NCBI GenBank assembly: GCA_951406725.2
Contig: OX597839.1
Coordinates: forward strand, 39,370,001-39,434,000
Length of the DNA: 64,000 nucleotides
Source: Octopus vulgaris
Lineage: Eukaryota
Direction: 5' to 3'
The position numbers and the translations under genes were made by a program. The notes under the pieces were generated by a model. The model ran no database searches. It was not told where the DNA came from and saw nothing but the letters and a program-made list of their open reading frames with translations. This document shows, in pieces, positions 25,850 through 39,454 of the stretch. Every line of letters starts with the position of its first letter. The first letter of the stretch is position 1.

Positions 25850-26350
25850 CACTTGAAGAGGAAAGTGAGAGTAGAGAGGCAAGTTTTGTCTAGTGAATGG
25901 TTTAAAAAAAGATGGGTGAATGTAGCAAGGATGGCACGTATGAATGACGAAGCCACCTTGACTACGATTCTATGAACCGTAAAAATTAATACAGAGAGTT
26001 GCTTATTTGCAGAAAAAAAAAAAAGAAATATAACATGTAACTTCATTGACCGAGGTTACCGTGGTCTTTTCCGTAGGCTTTTCTTTCCACGGGTAAACCT
26101 CACCTGTCCTCCCCTTTACACTTCATATTGACATTTCTGTGATAACGATCCCTGTTGATCAATTTTTTTCCTTTCCCTTCCCCCCCACTTTTTTTTTTTT
26201 AAAATTTTATCCCCCCTTTTTTGTCCTCCTTTCCTTTTACGATCCCTTTTGATCGAAAACCAAACCCCCTTCTTTTACCCCCAAAAGAAAAGCTCTACTT
26301 TGTAATTTTGTCCTGTCTATGTGCAGCCCTGTGTGGCTAATAAAGAAACA
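25850..26350 (+). mobile_element. 5'-truncated Tx1/L1-like LINE 3' end
   Basis: ORF tail HLKRKVRVERQVLSSEWFKKRWVNVARM..TIL* (F...W C-terminal pattern), pyrimidine-rich 3' UTR, AATAAA at about 26339; sits in a CTAT repeat. Confidence 0.55.
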
Positions 26351-26640
26351 TATCTACATGTCTACCTATCTATATACATCTCTCTCCGTGCATATATATA
26401 TATATAGTTCCATTTGAAAAATCCACCAGAATGGACGCAATTTGAAAAATCCACCAGAATCGACGAAAGCGCTAATATATGATATATGATATAAGTTATA
26501 TGATGTATAAAAACATGTAATATACAAATAAATATCTGTAAATATAAAACCATCCAAATTTCTGAGTACCTCATTTCTTCTAATATAAAATACCTGTACA
26601 TCATCTCCAAACCTTCTAATATATATATATATATACACAC

Positions 26641-26682
<42 letters not shown>

Positions 26683-26742
26683 AGAGAGAGATGCATACAC
26701 ACACACACACACACACACACAAAATATGTATGCAAACATATA

Positions 26743-26974
26743 CAGGGTTGGTCAAAGTCACCTGACAGTAAATCAAAACCATTTAATTCCAAGATTTATC
26801 TATGTTTGACAACTGAATGAATTTAATAAAAGCATCTAAATATGAAACATCATGAATGTTGTCCAAACTGAAGACCTTCTTGAGTGACACATTTTCCCAT
26901 TTGAGTCAATACAAAATTACATATAATATTTACGGAATCTTGATTTACTGTTGGGTGACTTTTGGCCAACTATG
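26743..26974. mobile_element. Tc1/mariner-type MITE
   Basis: Imperfect TIRs of about 34 bp CAGGGTTGGTCAAAGTCACCTGACAGTAAATCAA / TTGATTTACTGTTGGGTGACTTTTGGCCAACTATG, TA on both sides. Confidence 0.85.
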
Positions 26975-27008
<34 letters not shown>

Positions 27009-27180
27009 AACTTATAGACATACATGCACACATATACACCAATATATCTATATCTATATATAGATATAGATATATTTGGCGATAAATTTGGCGTGAGTGC
27101 GACGATTTAAAATTTTAGGTCAGATATTGCCGAGGTAGCAAGAGGAATGCCTCGTGAAAAATATCTGTTCCGACTTGGCT

Positions 27181-27287
27181 ATTTCTTACTGATGAGTCTA
27201 AGGGCCTATGGTGGATTGGCTTGATTTAATTTAATCAGGTTAGTTTACCATTAAACGGTAGATGAAACGGTGCATCGTCTAAGAAAT
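27181..27287 (+). ncRNA. Type I hammerhead ribozyme motif (Penelope-like element)
   Basis: Stem I ATTTCTTA/TAAGAAAT, CTGATGA core, stem II GTCTA/TAGAT, GAAA, near-palindromic stem III CGGTGCATCG, GTC cleavage triplet. Confidence 0.75.
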
Positions 27288-27414
27288 TACAGGGTAAATG
27301 TTTTTCAATTTTCTCCTGGTTTACGGAATTAATGTTATTTTGCGGTTAAAGCTTTTGGCTGTTATTTCTAGTGGGTGAATGGCCTATTATGGCCGTTCCT
27401 TGATTGTTGATATA

Positions 27415-27448
<34 letters not shown>

Positions 27449-28534
27449 CACATGACTGGAGCAACACAAAATGAAGTGTTTTGCTCAAGAACAAATCACA
27501 TTGCCCAGTCCTGGAATTGAAACCACAATCTCATGTTCATGAGTCCGACACCCTAACCACTAAACCCTGTACCTCCACACACACTAGGCAATATACCTTT
27601 ACTCAATAGACACACTCCTTCAACTCCTTAATTTCAAGACTTTCCACCACTATTTAGCCATATGCTACATTTCTGGACAGTATGTATTTTGCTTACATAA
27701 CTATTTTGAGGCCTACTCTACGGTATGACATACTGTACAAGATATTGTTATATATTTATGTATAATCACATGGATTTTCTTTTTTTTTTTTTTTTTTACT
27801 TCTTTCCAATGTTTATGGGATATAAAAAGCATCCCAGTAATTATATATTTCGTATATCCCACTGAATAAGGAACATAATGTTTTTGTCCTTAGTACATAA
27901 CAAATGGGTTCCATAGCTATTTCACAATTTATGTAGCTTAGCAAAAGAAATGTGGTTTGGCTTTAAAGCTGTAAAAACAAATGTAAGAACTAACAGTAAA
28001 CACATTAGTCCTCTCACATTCATGCTTGTATGAAGACTAAAGGAGGGATGTAATGAAATGATGGTTCCATCATAACTAAAGCATCATGAACACTTTGAGG
28101 GTGGGATGTAATGAGATGATGGTTCCATCATAACTAAAGCATCATGAACACTTTGAGGGTGGGATGTAATGAGATGATGGCTCTATTACATTTAAACCAG
28201 CATGGTGAGTTTGATGATGGGATATAAAGAGATGATGGTTCTGTTGTATCTTAACTAGCATGAAGATTTTCTTGGAAGTATGTAGTAAGGTGTGGAAGAA
28301 AAAAAATGCCAGTTTGCCACTCAATGCATATAAGTATCTCAACAACAGCAATGGGAGAAGGTGATCAATCATATTTAACTGACCCCCACACTTCACTGGT
28401 GATTTATTTTACTGAACCCTGAAAGTCAAGTTGTCTTCAGCAGGATTTGAACTTCATGTAAAATAAATAATTACATTATATAAGCTATTTTGGCCATCAC
28501 TCTACTGATTCTTCACTTCTCTTGTGCTTGTTTG

Positions 28535-29312
28535 GTAATAGGAAGTATGGATATGAGGTAACAGGAGCTTCGTACCAACATACACTGGAAAAGGTAATGG
28601 ACGAAAACAGGCAGGCAAAGATCATCTGGGACTTTGACTTCCAGACAGACACAGTGTTAGAGCACCGAAGACTGGATATAGAAACCTCTGGAAGTGATAA
28701 TCGACATGGCCGTGCCAGGAAATCAACATATCAAGAAAGAAAAAAGTTGCTAAATATGGAGACCTGAGAAATCTTTTCTACTTCAGACACAAGGCCTGAA
28801 ATTTTTGGGAGGGGGCCAGTTGATTAGATCAACCCCAGTACATAACTGGTACTTAATTTATTGACCCCGAAAGGATGAAAGGCAAAGTCAACCTCGGCCG
28901 AATTTGAATTCAGAATGTAAACACAGACAAAATACCGCTAAGTATTTTGCCCGGCGTGCTAATGTTTCTGCTAGCTCGCCACCTTACTGAGAATTGAGAT
29001 TGCCAAGATGTAACAGTTAGGGAACATAAAGGTTGTCCCTGTTGTCATTGGAGTGTTGGGTTCAATCCCACCCAACCTGAAGAAACACCTGGAAACTTTA
29101 GAAATATCCTACAATCTAGGTATATTGCAAAAATCGGCATTACTTGGAACTGCACACATCATATTGCGTAAAGTACTGCCTGTCTGAGGTTCATGTTGTG
29201 ACTTGACAGACAGTACAAACACCCGGGTAGACACAATATCTTCAACCAATAACATCACAATATTGAATACTAAGAGAGGTCCTCAATAATAATAATAATA
29301 ATAATAATAATA
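28535..29312 (+). mobile_element. R4/Dong-type non-LTR retrotransposon 3' fragment (RLE domain), interrupted by a SINE
   Basis: EKVMDENRQAKIIWDFDFQTDTVLEHRRLDI..IIDMAVPG..KYGDLR|IEIAKM..VVPVVIGVLGSIP..LQKSALLGTAHIILRKVL*; (AAT)n tail. Confidence 0.85.
28771..28986 (-). mobile_element. SINE family A nested in the RLE element
   Basis: TSD CTGAGAA at 28764-28770 and 28987-28993. Confidence 0.9.
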
Positions 29313-29538
29313 GGTACATTAGGAACAGTCCCTAAGGATTTGAATAAATTGATAGAGGAAACAGGCATAAAAACCAAGTTCAGTGCAGTCCCAGAAAACA
29401 GTGTTATCAAGGACAGCTAGGATACGTAGGAAGGTTCTTGGCATGTAAGGTTACTTGATGTAGCCCTAAGTTGGGGATTTTTTCCCCCCCAATGTCCTAA
29501 TCTGTTGTGCATACATGAAATAATAGTAATAATAATAA
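29313..29538 (+). mobile_element. Second R4/Dong-type 3' end (different subfamily)
   Basis: GTLGTVPKDLNKLIEETGIK..QKTVLSRTARIRRKVLGM* followed by (TAA)n. Confidence 0.75.
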
Positions 29539-30212
29539 GGTTAACATTACCAATACAGATTTTTAAATAATAACAAAGAGATTCTTATTGTAAACCAGGC
29601 TTACCTGCTGGACAAGTTTCTAAATTCTTATTGCATTTTAAATTGTAATTTCCAGCAACCATGATGGCCTACAAAAGAAAATAAGAATAGTAATAATAAT
29701 CTGTTTACAATAAAAGTCAATATCAATGTTAGTAGTTCATTTCACTGGTCACACATTTCATTATACCGAGAGAGAAAGGAGAAAGAGAGAGAGAGTATAA
29801 GATATAGAGAGAGCTAACAAGAGGAACAGGATGTGTGTACATACTAGGCTTAGTGGCAGACAATGAGTAAGTGAAAGCTATACACACAGAGACTGAGAAA
29901 GAAAGAATCACAGGGGGAAGAGGAGGAAAGGATGTAAATGGGAAGAGTTACAGAAATCCTTTTTTTCTTTTACTTGTTTCAGTCATTTGACTGCAGCCAT
30001 ACTGGGGCACCAAACATATACACACACACATACATATATATATACACATATATACGACGGGCTTCTTTCAGTTTCCATCTACCAAATCCAGTCAAAAGGC
30101 TTTTGTTGGCCCAAGGCTATAGTAGGAGACACTTGCCCAAGGTGCCACGCAGTGGGACTGAACCTGGAACCATGTGGTTTGTAAGCAAGCTACTTACCCC
30201 ACAACCACTCCT

Positions 30213-30252
<40 letters not shown>

Positions 30253-31384
30253 GAGTTAGAATAGGATAATTATTTATTTAGTGCGTTCATTTTGTTTCTC
30301 TTTGAAATGAGATGAAAGCATTCAATAAATAATTAATCACGAATTAATCAAGCATTATCTCATGGCTTTGAGACTTCAGTGATGTTATTGTTTTTGTCAT
30401 GAATGACATCGTTAGGCAGGTGAGGGAGGCCAATTCTGGTCTGTATGAACATAAATCAGGTAAAAAAAATCTTGGGTCAGTTTAAACGCTAAAGGGTTAA
30501 TATAATAAAATCTGTACACTACTTCAAACAATCTATACACACATACAAACATAATCACATGGGACAAGATGATAAAGCATGGTCGTTGAATGATGAGCCC
30601 CATGAAGGTGATGCTGAGAGACTGAGACCTTTGGTGATTTGCTATGCTTGAGAAGACACATCAAACTAAGTGAAACCGTAGCCATGATCAGGGCTGGTGA
30701 CATATAAATGGCACTTGTGCCAGTGGCATATAAAAGGCACCCACTACACTCCTGGAGTGGTTGGCATTAAGGTTATTCTAATTGTAGAAACTGAACCAAA
30801 CCAGACTGGGACCCGGTACAGCTCTCCAGCTTACCAGTCTAGTCAAACCATCTAACACAAGCCAGCATGGAAAACGGACACTAATTGATGATGATGATGG
30901 CTTGGCTATGTGGAAAGATGCTTGCTTCCCAACCACTTGGTTCTGGTTTTAGTTCTACTGCATGACACCATGGACAGGAGTCTTCTACTACAGCCTCAGG
31001 TCAACCTTAAAGCCTTGTGAGTGGATTTCGTAGACAGAACATATATATATATATACATATTCCAAGAGAGTTAGAGGTTGTGAATCCAACCAACTAAGGG
31101 ATAATATCTATCCAATATACTGCTGGTAGAAAACCCAATTATTAATACACAAATGTTTTTTTATTGCATTGCAATTACATTACCGAGTGAACTAAATGGG
31201 TGAAGGTAAAGAGTTGCACCTGTACAGGTAATGTCAATTGGATGGAAGGAGTGAGCTTATGAGTACACAAACACTTGATCACTATACACAAATCATCTGT
31301 GTGGTTGCTCAATAGGAAATTGTCAAACCATCATACATCGACTAACGACGGGAGTGTCTGTCATTTTATTTATATATATATATA

Positions 31385-31773
31385 TACTCTTTACTCTTTT
31401 TACTTGTTTCAGTCATTTGACTGCGGCCTTGCTGGAGCACCGCCTTTAGTCGAGCAAATCGACCCTGGGACTTATTCTTTGTAAGCCCAGTACTTATTCT
31501 ATCGCTCTCTTTTGCCGAACCGCTAAGTAACGGGGACGTAAACACACCAGCATCGGTTGTCAAGCAATGCTAGGGGAACAAACACACATATATATATATA
31601 TATACATATATATGACAGGCTTCTTTCAGTTTCCGTCGACCAAATCCACTCACAAGGCATTGGTCGGCCCGGGGCTATAGCAGAAGACACTTGCCCAAGA
31701 TGCCACGCAGTGGGACTGAACCCGGAACCATGTGGTGGGTTAGCAAGCTACTTACCACACAGCCACTCCTGTG
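31385..31773 (-). mobile_element. SINE family B
   Basis: Near-identical to 8925-9323. Confidence 0.9.
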
Positions 31774-31854
31774 CCAAACTGGATTTTCAAGCACATATAA
31801 AGCTATAAATAACAGTTGAAAATCTCTTTTCCATAGAAATACTCAATGGCTGCC

Positions 31855-31907
<53 letters not shown>

Positions 31908-32115
31908 ATTGACAGCTTGATGAAAGGTAGCAGGCCAAAACTTTGAAGTCACTGACAACACTTCAACACTTTTCTTATAAAAGAAAAATAAACATGTACT
32001 ATACTGAGAGTATTGAGTAATTCTTCACTTTAATATAATATTGTTTTATCACAACTCAAAAACAAACATTTATATATATACATACACACACACACACACA
32101 TACACACACACAAAC

Positions 32116-32146
<31 letters not shown>

Positions 32147-32476
32147 CATACATACACACACATTTTTAAGTACACATATGTGTATGTATATATATGTATA
32201 TAGGTTGTGTGTGTGTACAATGCATATCTTTATACATACAGCAACATGTATACTCATTCATATTAAAATGCCCCGTATATAGTCATATACACAAAATGTG
32301 TGTATGTATATATATACACATGCATATACGAAAATCCATTCTAGGAAAATCAATATATTCACACAGACACACTTTCTTAGGCTGATTAATCACATTATGA
32401 TAGTGGCCACTGTACACACCCCCACCACCCATACATACATGCGTACATACAAACACACACACACTCACACATATAT

Positions 32477-32512
<36 letters not shown>

Positions 32513-32619
32513 ACACACACATTTTGTATATTCTCAATGATAAACAAGCATAGGAGAGAGCATTGATTGGAAAATTAGAATGTGAAGAAGGAAATTCTTC
32601 ATCATGGCTACACAGCGGA

Positions 32620-32974
32620 GTGAGAGAGAGGGGGAGAGAGGGAGAGGGAGAGAGAGATGAGACAGTAAGAGAGGGACAGAAAGAGGGGAGAGAGAGGGGG
32701 AAGAGCGAGAGAGGGGGAGATGTATGAGCCAGTAAGAGAAGGACAGAGAGAGAGTGAGAGAGGGAGATATAAGAGACAGTAAGAGAGGGACAGAGAGAGA
32801 GAGAGGGAGATATATGAGACAGTAAGAGAGGGACAGAGAAAGAGAGAGAGAGAGAGGACATGTAAGAGATACATGTAGGAGCGAGAGAAATGTAAGAGAG
32901 ATACACACGAGAGAAAGACAGAGATAGTAAGGGAAAGAGAGAGATATGTAAAAGAAAAAGAGAGATGTAAAAGC

Positions 32975-33010
<36 letters not shown>

Positions 33011-33200
33011 TAAGATAGAAAAACGTACAAGACAGAGCAGGAGAAATAGCGATACATGAGAGAGAGAGAGAGAGAGATATTAAGAGACAAAGAGAAAGAG
33101 AGGGAGGGAGAGAGAGAGAGAGAGATGTTAAGAGACAAAGAGAAAGTGAGGAAGAATTGTGAGAGAGGGAGGGAGAGAGAGAGAGGAGAGTACATCTTCA
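32620..33200. repeat. (GA)n-rich tract with repeated GAGACAGTAAGAGAGGGACAGA units
   Basis: Direct reading. Confidence 0.85.
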
Positions 33201-33239
33201 GAGAGAAAGACCAAATGCCAAGAGCCAAGAACACTCGCA

Positions 33240-33480
33240 ATCAGAGCAATAAAACAAAAATAATAAAATCATCGCTGCATGGTCGGAACGAACGGGATGA
33301 AGACGCACATGGTTGTGCGGCGTGGATGCTGCATATGGATAAAAACGAGGCAGAAGCGGAGGAGGAGGGAGGGGGTGCGAGGGGGCGAAGGGCGGGGGGG
33401 GGGGGTGCAGTGCAACATACTGTAACAGTGCGGGTCAATATAACCTGGTCAGTCGATCGGCGATGGTGTTGATAGCATCT
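33240..33480. promoter_or_regulatory. CpG/G-rich unique island, candidate cis-regulatory element
   Basis: Local CpG enrichment, G-runs, GGGTCAnnnTAACCT inverted repeat at 33432-33446. Confidence 0.3.
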
Positions 33481-33748
33481 AAAAACATCTATGATGTTGT
33501 TGTTGTTGTCGTTGGAAGGTGATGGAGTTGTTTTGATGGATGATATCTGGTTGACATCTAATGGATGGAATGTCATGTGGTACATGCTATATGTCAGATA
33601 TATGTATATATATATATATATCCGATATATACATATATACATATATATATATATTATTCAAAGGAATTCCAATTCTGTTTGTTTTTTATGTTTTATTTAT
33701 ATTCTTTATAATATTAATGTAGAATATAGAATATATAGAATATATAGT

Positions 33749-33787
<39 letters not shown>

Positions 33788-34574
33788 AAATGAAATAAAA
33801 TATTGATTGTCTTATTGAATAGATGAAATACTGAATATCAAATATTAAGGGACTTAGTATACTTTCTTGCATTAAACCAGTCAAGGTCCCAGGTTGTGAC
33901 AGGAATATATATATATGATTTATACATGATATATATATATATATGATATTTATATGCATATATAAGATATGTATAAAGTAGATGGATAGATATCAGCATA
34001 GAAAATGGATATATATCTGTATGTGGGTTTCCAGACTATATATGTGTGTGTGTATTTCTACATATATATATACAAGTTTATATTTACATATATACATATT
34101 TATACATATATTTACATATATATGTATTTATACATATACACACACATATATATACATACATGTGCACAAAAATATACATGTAAACCTATTCTTTCATTGT
34201 GGTGCACCTGAGCACTGTATACAATAATTTCATTATTATATTATGTAATACAACAGTATTACAAAAGCCTAGAGTGCCTTTAGTAAATTTGAAGAGGTAC
34301 TCCAAATTATACATATATACACATATATACATCTATATTTCTTCTTCTCTCTCTCTGTATATATGATACACACCTCATCATCATTATCATGCACATTCAC
34401 CTTTTTAAACTGGCATGGATTGGGTGGGCCATTTTTGAAGGAGTCTTTTACATCCAAATGCCCTTCTAAGTGCTGTGCCAATTCCTTAGTCACCCCTTCG
34501 CAACATGCATGAATCTTCTACTTGTTCTCAAAACCAGGATCTGCACACACTAAGTATACAGTATTGCACATTGC

Positions 34575-35395
34575 CATCATATAAAACAAATACATGTGTG
34601 TGCATTTGAAAGTGCACCAATATCATTCACCATCATTCATCATCACTCATCACATAAAGCATTACATGTGTGCATATGAGACAGTGCACCAGTATAACAC
34701 AGTCATCCACCATCATTCATCATCACTCATTACCATATAAAACAAATACATGTGTGTGCATATGAAAGACAGTGCAACCAATATCATTCACCATCATTCA
34801 TCATCACTCATCACATAAAGCATTACATGTGTGCATATGGGACAGTGCACCAGTTTAACACAGTCATCTACCATCATTCATCATCACTCATTACCATATA
34901 AAACAAATACATGTGTGTGCATATGAAAGACAGTGCACCAATATCATTCACCATCATTCATCATCACTCATCACATAAAGCATTACATGTGTGCATATGG
35001 GACAGTGCACCAGTTTAACACAGTCATCTACCATCATTCATCATCACTCATTACCATATAAAACAAATACATGTGTGTGCATATGAAAGACAGTGCACCA
35101 ATATCATTCATCATCACTCATCACATAAAGCATTACATGTGTGCATATGAGACAATGCACCAGTATAACACATTGTCATCCACCATCACTCATTATCATA
35201 TCAAACAAATACATGTGTGCATGCGAGAGATAGTGCACCAGTATTACACATTGTCATTCACCATCATTCATTGTCATTCACCATCATTCATCATCACTCA
35301 TTATCATATAAAACAAATACATGTGTGCATGTGAGAGACTGTACCAGTATTACACACTGTCATTCACCATCATTCGCTATCATTCACCATCATCA
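34575..35395. repeat. Minisatellite with about 160-bp period built of two related ~80-bp subunits
   Basis: CATATAAAACAAATACATGTG recurs at about 34579, 34734, 34895, 35055, 35197 and 35305. Confidence 0.9.
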
Positions 35396-36049
35396 TTTAA
35401 TGTCTGCTCCATGCCAGCATGGGTTGGATAGTTAGCTCGACAAGATCCAACAGGGACTCAGGACAGTATTATGCTCCATGTCTGGCAATAGGTTTACATT
35501 TTTCTCTTAAAACCCACAAAAGGTCAAGTGTTGTTGGTCAATCAATAACTTGACCGGAGAGTGGTGGCTGTCAGTGAAGTGCATTTGGCAGTGCAATGCA
35601 ATGTGCCGGTCAGTGCATATTTACTTGCCAAAGTCGAGCAATCTGGAAAAACACCTCAAACATCAGGTAGGCAGTTTGGTTAAACTCTCAGGAAGAAACA
35701 GGAATAACTGAATGTATAAGAGATTCAAAGGAATTCCTCAAATTCTGATACAGAATTGGAGAGATCAGAGATTGAACCTGAGGTACTCTCAATTACTCCT
35801 AAACATCCGATTGTTATAATTTTGGTGGTATTTCTGTTTGAGAATCTGCTTGTAGGGAACAAATATCACAACTGCAAGTGTATGTATGAGTGAATATATA
35901 TATAATTATATGTAAATATCAAAGTCTCTCTTTCTACTGAGCATCAAACGAAAACATTTCTTGTACACATCCTCTTGTTGTCTGTTACTATTAATTTTAT
36001 TTTTTGTTTATTTGAATTGACTCAACATGTGACCTCGTGAGCACCACCA

Positions 36050-36227
36050 GCAATTTCTTTTCCTCTGTCTTCCCTTCTCGGAATCTTTCCTTCTCCTTTG
36101 TTTCCGACGAAGAGCTTCGCTCGAAACGTTAAACCCTCCTTCCCTTCTTTCCTGAAGCGTCCAATAATACTTTATTTGTTCCACGTCCTCGCGTTGCTGT
36201 GTTTTTTTTGTGTTTTCTTGTTTGGAT

Positions 36228-36232
<5 letters not shown>
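36050..36232 (+). mobile_element. Penelope-like pLTR fragment with minimal hammerhead variant
   Basis: GTTT-CCGACGA-A-GAGC TTC GCTC-GAAA-CG-TT-AAAC at 36100-36134. Confidence 0.6.
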
Positions 36233-36283
<51 letters not shown>

Positions 36284-37112
36284 AATATATTTCTACTGGA
36301 TTTACAGTGAAATAATAAATTACAATATATAAATATAGAGTATTCTTTGACACAATATAACTTAAAAGGCTTCTCCAAATTCCAGTACTCCGAGTTTTAC
36401 ATTTCCAGGTCACTCAGCTGGTAACCCAAGCTTGTTTCTCCTTCAATATATTTTGGAATCTTATATGTAAATTTGTAATTTGAAATACTATATGGAAGTT
36501 ATGAAGAAAACACTTATCTAAGTGTTATTTCAAAAGAAAGTCGAACGAGCGAGCGAGCGTCACGTGTAGTATGACCAACAAAGAAGGGGGAGATGTAAAC
36601 GATATATGGATCAGGAAAAGGGGGGAATAAAGGCAAATGTAAAAAAAACAAGGGCACATGGGTGTATGAGTGTGTTAGATCCAACAGACAATCTTGTTTG
36701 TAATAGTAGTTCCACAGAAATCAAAGACATTAGTTTTATCTCTCGCTAAATCAACACCCCACGGCAACAAGGATATCAAAATCGATGGCGTAAGAATAAA
36801 ACGGTATCCAACACCAAGAAGAAGAACCAAAAAAGCAGATAAAATCATAAAGGAATCTAAATTGAGAATTTCAAAATCTGCAGATAATCTTTCAAGACGC
36901 GTTCTATATTTGGTAAAATGTATTGAAACAAGACGAAGTCTTGTATTTTGTTGAATTGAATTAATTGATAGAGAATTACGATATAGACGTATCTATCTAT
37001 AAATAATTAACAATTTAGTTAATTAATATCCACAATGAGGAATTCAAAGAGCTCTGATTTACATCACAAATTTGAAACAAAGCAAGGTGCTCAACAATAA
37101 CACGGGAGTGTA

Positions 37113-37210
<98 letters not shown>

Positions 37211-37272
37211 ACTGTTCTGCTATTGCTCAGATCAACAAAACAAACTTTACCAGTGGGAGTTATATTTGTATA

Positions 37273-37321
<49 letters not shown>

Positions 37322-37562
37322 GTAATTTAATACATACAGGATTTAAATGTGAGCTACTATTAGTTTCATGCTGCTGAAAATATGATGGTCAGACAAGTTT
37401 GTACAATATTTTCAAACACACACACAAACACATATATATATTCAATGACCACCACAGTCTTATGTAATTTCAGGATTTTTTCATCTCACACTCCCTCCTT
37501 CTTGGTGGAGAGGTAGAATAAAGTTAGTACCTGCATGACTACCTAAATAAATACAGTTGTAT

Positions 37563-37604
<42 letters not shown>

Positions 37605-39416
37605 CTGTCTGTTTTTCTTTTCTCCTATCTACACCTGCTTGCCTGTTTATCTGAGTATATAGGAATATATAGTGTGTGTGTGTGTAGTGTGTATATATAT
37701 ATTACTGTGTGTACATGTTCATCTGTGGCAATATCTGTTAGTCGCTGCCGCTCAAACTTCCATCACACCCCCATCCAGCCTCCAGTTCCCCAGTTCCTTT
37801 CAGAAAAGCAGGTTAACCAATACCAGACTTGAAGAAATATGCTACCAAGAACTTGCCAACCTTATAAACAGTGCCAGGTGAACTTTAAAAAGGTGAACAA
37901 ACTCTACCCTTCAAATATGTATATACACACACATATATCCACATTTTTTTTTTTGAATGTATATATGTATGTGTGTATATATATATATATTGAATGTATG
38001 TATGTTTCTTTCTTTGCTTATCTACACTAGGTTGCCTGTATATTTGTATGGTGTGTATATATATAAATGTGCATGTATATATGTATGTATATATGAATGT
38101 GTGTGTGTATCTGTTATGTATGTACGTGTTAGTGTATGCGTGTGTAAACACAGATTTCGTGGGGGGGGATCCAAAAGTGATTTCCAGTTGTGTAAACAGG
38201 GTCCGCCAGCACTCAACAAAAGCTTTGGCACTTCAGGGAACTTGGTAGTATTATGTTTGTTTTTGTGTTTTTGAAAATGATCCTAAAATTTTCAACAGAT
38301 ATCAGATATTCTGTACATATACATATATATGTGTATATATAAATTTCTTAGCATATGTATTTGTGTGTGTGTGTGAGCATGGGATGTCTGTGAGAGGAGA
38401 GTAGGAGAATGATATCAGCAAATGTAAAAATGATATATTTCTTGTTGAAAACGGGAGTTTTTGAAAGTAGGGGAGATAGTGTCTTTTTTTTTTTTTTGTT
38501 TTTTCACTCCTGATGAAATAAACAGAGAGCTATCTGTTCAAACTATATCCACCGAGGAAGAGGACAAACAAAATACGAGAGACAAACAGACAGACAGAAA
38601 ATGAGAGAAAAGGAGAGGAAATTTGGTTGTTATTTCTAGCAAATCAAGCAGCCATAGAAATGCTCCACATGGCGCCGATAAAAAAAAAAAATCGGTCGTA
38701 GATCCAGAATTGTTCCAAGATTGTTGTTGCTGTTGCTGTTGTCAGAAGAACCAAGAATGCAGAAGATAAAATATTTGTTTCTCGAATATAATTAATACTA
38801 ATAATAACAATAATAATAACATCCAATTGAATTTCTTTTTGTTTTTTGTTTTTTTGCTCGTTTTTTTTTTTTTTTTTTTGTTGTTGTTTTTTTCTCCTTG
38901 TTTTGTATTTTCACAGAATTCCTATGACCGAAGTCATTCGGTGTTTCTTTTCAATTACCATTCAACGTTTCTGGGAATATTCTTAAATTTGGGACAACGG
39001 TTGCAACCTGGAAATGGTTAAGTCAAATGCAGCGATCAAAATTTGCCAAATTCTGGTATCTCACGTGAGCAGCAGATCCAAAGTACGAATGAAGAGTGGA
39101 GATGATAAAAACGTGAACATCAGAAACGAGATGACGGCAGTGAGATGATGATAACGACGATGAACGATAATAATTGTAATAATAATAATAATAATCTCAT
39201 AATTTCTGAATAATTATTGTTGTTATAGTTTTTTTTTTGTTGTTGTTCTTTGCGTGATTTTTGTCTTTTTGTTTTAGTTTGTGCTAATTTCTTCTTTTTT
39301 GGCTTAAAATATCTCTAAATAGATACTTAAAAAAGGAGAAATGAACTGGGAAAACCCTCCGAGACACGCAACATGCCGCGATATTAAGAGTGTATATATG
39401 ACACAAGCTGACACTG

Positions 39417-39454
<38 letters not shown>

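Noticed and set aside
35585-35635. miR-34-like TGGCAGTG hairpin
   Set aside because: The stem is short and irregular and similarity is limited to the seed; the region reads at least as well as a decayed coding fragment.
36694-36954. 86-aa basic ORF
   Set aside because: Non-ATG start and no recognisable domain; kept only as a possible UTR exon.
38640-38680. Kozak-like GCCATGTGG start on the minus strand
   Set aside because: The ORF is only 8 codons and overlaps the dispersed TTGG(C/T)TG(C/T)TATTTCTAGC repeat motif.
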